Shown here: in pieces, positions 60,318 to 64,000 of the stretch
Layout: each line of letters starts with the position of its first letter
How positions within the stretch are numbered: the first letter of the stretch is position 1
NCBI RefSeq assembly: GCF_048593235.1
Contig: NC_133621.1
Span: forward strand, 217,579,238 to 217,643,237
Reading direction: 5' to 3'
Source: Sminthopsis crassicaudata
Taxonomy: Eukaryota
Length of the DNA: 64,000 nt
Program-made: the position numbers and the translations under genes
Notes under the pieces: generated by a model
What the model saw: the letters and a program-made list of their open reading frames with translations, nothing else
What the model was told of the DNA's origin: nothing
The model's database searches: none

Positions 60318-62099
60318 GTCCCTTGGAATGGTATATGAACCACTAGGCTTCACCCATTATTTGGAATTCTTGGCTGATAAGACAGAATCCATACCAGCCA
60401 AGATTCCTTCTAGCAATTGCTCGATACATTAATAAATCTGTTTCTAATAGATCTGATCCCCTAAACATAACATAAAAGTGATTCAATTAATTTGCTTGTT
60501 TTCTTGCTTAGTATTTCCTATTCCTCTTCTATGTTTTTCTTTTGTTTTTAAAATAAATTTTATTGACATCTTTTGTCTTTACATTGTCCAAAGTTCTTCC
60601 TCAGACTCCCAGAGAGCCATTCTATATAACAAAGAATTTTCTAAAAAGAAAAAATATCAGCAAAATACATTAAGAAAATATGACTTCATGCAGCATTCTA
60701 TATCTCTGCAAAATAGAACTATCTTCTCATACCTCTTTTTTTGGGAACAAGCCTGTTCTTTGTAATTTTGTAGTCTTTATTTTCAATTGTCTTATGTCCC
60801 CAATTAGTGGGCATCTACTTTTTTTTTTTTTCCTTCCCAGTTCTTTGTTACAACACAAAATCCTATATTTTGGTGTTTATAAGACCTTTCTTTTTACAGT
60901 AACCTCCCAAGGATATATTACAAGTAATGGAAACCCTGGGTTAAAGGGTTTGGATATTTTAGATGCTTTACTTGTACTATTCCAAATCAAGAATGCTTAT
61001 ACTAATTTATAACTCCTAAAAAACATTAGCATGCCTTGTCTTCCTGCCCCACCCACTCTCTAACATTGGGCCTTATTAACCATTCTTACAGTATTTATAT
61101 AGATCCAGCCATCTGAGACCTTGGGGTTCAATTGTTGGCTCCTCCCTTAGATTTCATCTCTTGTTAATTTTTAATGTGAAAATAACAGAAAAGCTCTGAA
61201 GAGGCAGAAAGAAAAATCCTGACCTGTATTAGATGTTAAGGATGTATATGGTACATATGAAGTAGGAGATAGGCAAGAGCATTGAACATTTGGAGATAAT
61301 AGATATGAACTAAGGAAAAGGATAGACAGAAAAACATTAAACAAATACTGTACATAACATTCCTAAAATGTTTCTCTATTGATATTTTTCCCCTTATATT
61401 TTATCTACTCTTTATAACATTTAATTTGGTCAATAAATTAGCAAGTTGTTTTTTTTTTCTCCCCCTTCTTTTTCAGCTTAAAACCCCTTTGATTAGATTC
61501 GAAGGACTTCAAATATATTTTTACTAGCTCTTATTAGATGAACTCCATCCCTGGCCAGGGGATTTTTAAATATTTTAAGATATGATCGACAAGTCCAAAT
61601 CCCATTCACTGAATCATGGATTTAGTGTCAAAAGGGACCTCAGACATTCAGATCAATATCCTCAATTTATGAGGAAACTACAGCTTAAATATACTAAGTT
61701 ATTTGCTTATTCTAAGTGGAATCCAAAATTTACACCCTCCACAAACTCCAAATCCAGCACTCTTCACTAAACTATTTTATCAGCTGTTCCCTTCTTGAAT
61801 CCAGCTTTCTCTTCTGACATCACACCTTTGATTTACTATAGTGATGAAAATACCAATTGTTTCCCTAAAGTCTTCCATTTCTTGCCCTCAAACTCTGTAA
61901 TCTTTAATAATGCTTCCTAGATTCCTCCTGGAAACTTCATTTGTGCTCCTCTGAATCACTAGAAGTGGGTAGTAGCTTATCCAGTTTGACAAGTCTTGGG
62001 AGTTCTATGTCAAATCTTGGATACATGCCCTAGGAAAACAAAAGACCTTTCTGTTGTTCTCAAGTCCACAAATAGCTACCTCAGTACTATCTATCTCAG

Positions 62100-64000
62100 C
62101 TATCTCTCCTTGTCCTATTTTCCAGGTCAGTTGTTTTGGATATTAGATATTTAATATTCTCTATTTTCCAAATCTTTTGATTTTTAATATTTGTTCTCCC
62201 CATGAAGCCACTTATTTTTTTGGTCGATTTTAATTTTCAAGATATTTAGGTAAGGTTTTTATTGAGGTACATCTCTTTTCCCATTGTTCCCTCCTGATCA
62301 CCTATTTTATTTTTTTGTCTCAATTTCTTTCAGGTATTCATGTTGTCGTCCTGGGGGAAAAATCTTTTTTCCCTTTTGAATCTCTGCTTGAAGTTATGGG
62401 GTTATCTCTGGATTTAATACAATTCCCTATAGCATTCTATATCACCTTAATTCAAAAGTTAGGACTTTGTACCAATATCTGGATTTACTTCCTTTTGTGC
62501 TTTTGGGTGAGGTGGTTAGTCCTACTTTTTTTCAACTTGTTTCAGCTTGGGTTCCTGTGCTAACTCCCCTCCCTAGATTTGACCCTTCAGGATCTTTTGA
62601 GGTTCAGAGCACTGGATCTCTGGGCCTTATACAGTGTTTTAGGGCTGAATGCTAGGGACCAGAGTCTCTGGGCTTTTGGTGTCTCAGTCTGAGTGCTATG
62701 CACAGCCAACTGATTTCTGCTACACTTTGATTTCTCAGATTTACACTGTATACCAATCACCTTGACACTTTCTTGTGGAGTTCCTCCGCTCCTATGTCTC
62801 TCTACACACAGCCTCATGTCTGTTGGATTTCTGGTTGTGCTGGATCGCCTTGATCTTGTTTGCCAGCTCTGGCACCAACTTTTCTGGTGGATCTTTCCTG
62901 TAGATTTCTAGCTGACTTTTTTCTTTCATTTCTTCAGTGAAAGAAGTTATCCACTATCGTTTCTCAGTGGTTTTCTTGACCATTATTAGGTCTAGTGACA
63001 CTTTTAGGTTTTGTTGGAACATGAGTGTGTTGGTCTGCCTAATTTCATTCAGATAGCTATCTTGGATAGAACTCTCTCAGTGTAGAATCACCAATCCTCA
63101 TTTTGCTTCATTTCTTCCTTTAATCACTACTGGATGACCTCCCACTCAGATGATAGATGATCATTTTTGGAGAGACAAATAGTTATTTCTCTATCAAAGA
63201 ATCCTGGCTCCCTCCACAATGAGAAGAGCAACTGTTTCTTTGCTCCAAGGGTTGTGATCCCCTTCTCCTTTTTTCTATATCATAACTTATCTTCTCTGTT
63301 CCAACCTTCTGATAAATCAGAATTCCCTTCTGCCTTTTTGTTTTCACATTGAAGATATTCTTGCACATTTAAAAAGAACACTTCATTATCATTGATATCA
63401 TAATGGAAGGGTGTTCCTTGAACTCCTTTTCTTTTTTCTTCCAGGAGGCAGATCTACTTGAATTTTGATACTAGATTTGCCCATGACAAATCAAATATCC
63501 CAAGGTCTACACGGTTCCAATAAATTGCTCCCAGCTCCATTCTTGCTGGAAGTGAAGCCCTCAGTTCTGTTGTTTTTGCTGTTAACCTTCTTGGAAAACT
63601 GTGGCAACAAATTGAATGGGGGTGTCATGTTGTGGGAGTGCAGGAAAGAGGTGAAGAGTTCCACTCCAAAGTTGTCACTTTTTAAAATTCACTACCATAA
63701 TCTAACTTGGTTAGTAACTTGACAAGTATGTCTGACTTCTTTCTCTTTATATTAATAATTTCTTACCTTGTCTTCCCAACTTCCTTGATCTTCTTGATTC
63801 CCTTTGAATCTACTCTTAGGTTTTTCCCATTTCTTTCAACTCATTCTTTTCATCTCCTTAGGACCATCAATTCCTTCTGCTCAGGTTTTCAACTTATTCT
63901 CTTTCAACTTGAGTCCTAATTTTTCTGCAACTTCTCAAGTCCTCCCAATGTCTATTCCTCCCCCAAAATCTCTGGTCTTTTCCACAATTCTAAAGCCCTC
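62100..64000 (-). mobile_element. Degenerate L1 body fragments
   Basis: T-rich + strand (A-rich minus strand) with broken reading frames, consistent with old L1. Subfamily not determined. Confidence 0.5.

Overview
Mammalian genomic DNA, most likely marsupial and possibly dasyurid (inferred from Mar1/MIR-type SINEs and L1 3' tails). It carries the gene block syntenic to human 12q13.3-q14.1 in the human order, reversed: EEF1AKMT3/METTL21B (-, partial), METTL1 (+), CYP27B1 (+), MARCHF9 (-), CDK4 (+), TSPAN31 (-) and AGAP2/PIKE (+, two first exons). All coding exons were traced by hand to GT-AG sites and give full-length, in-phase proteins, except for one extra base in MARCHF9 exon 1. Positions 52.2-64 kb are mostly old L2/L1/MIR sequence with no recognisable OS9 exon, and there is a 187-nt N gap. 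Most ORFs in the six-frame track are artefacts of GC-rich sequence. I found no new protein-coding system. The best second-look items are the MARCHF9 frameshift, a U12-type intron in TSPAN31, a canonical REST/RE1 site, a CDK4 uORF overlapping the main start, a possible extra coding first exon of EEF1AKMT3, a 3x semi-palindromic array upstream of PIKE-L, the PTB/RBFOX layout of an AGAP2 cassette exon, and candidates for the CYP27B1 kidney enhancer in METTL1 introns. Comparisons with human come from recollection, not alignment, and need checking.
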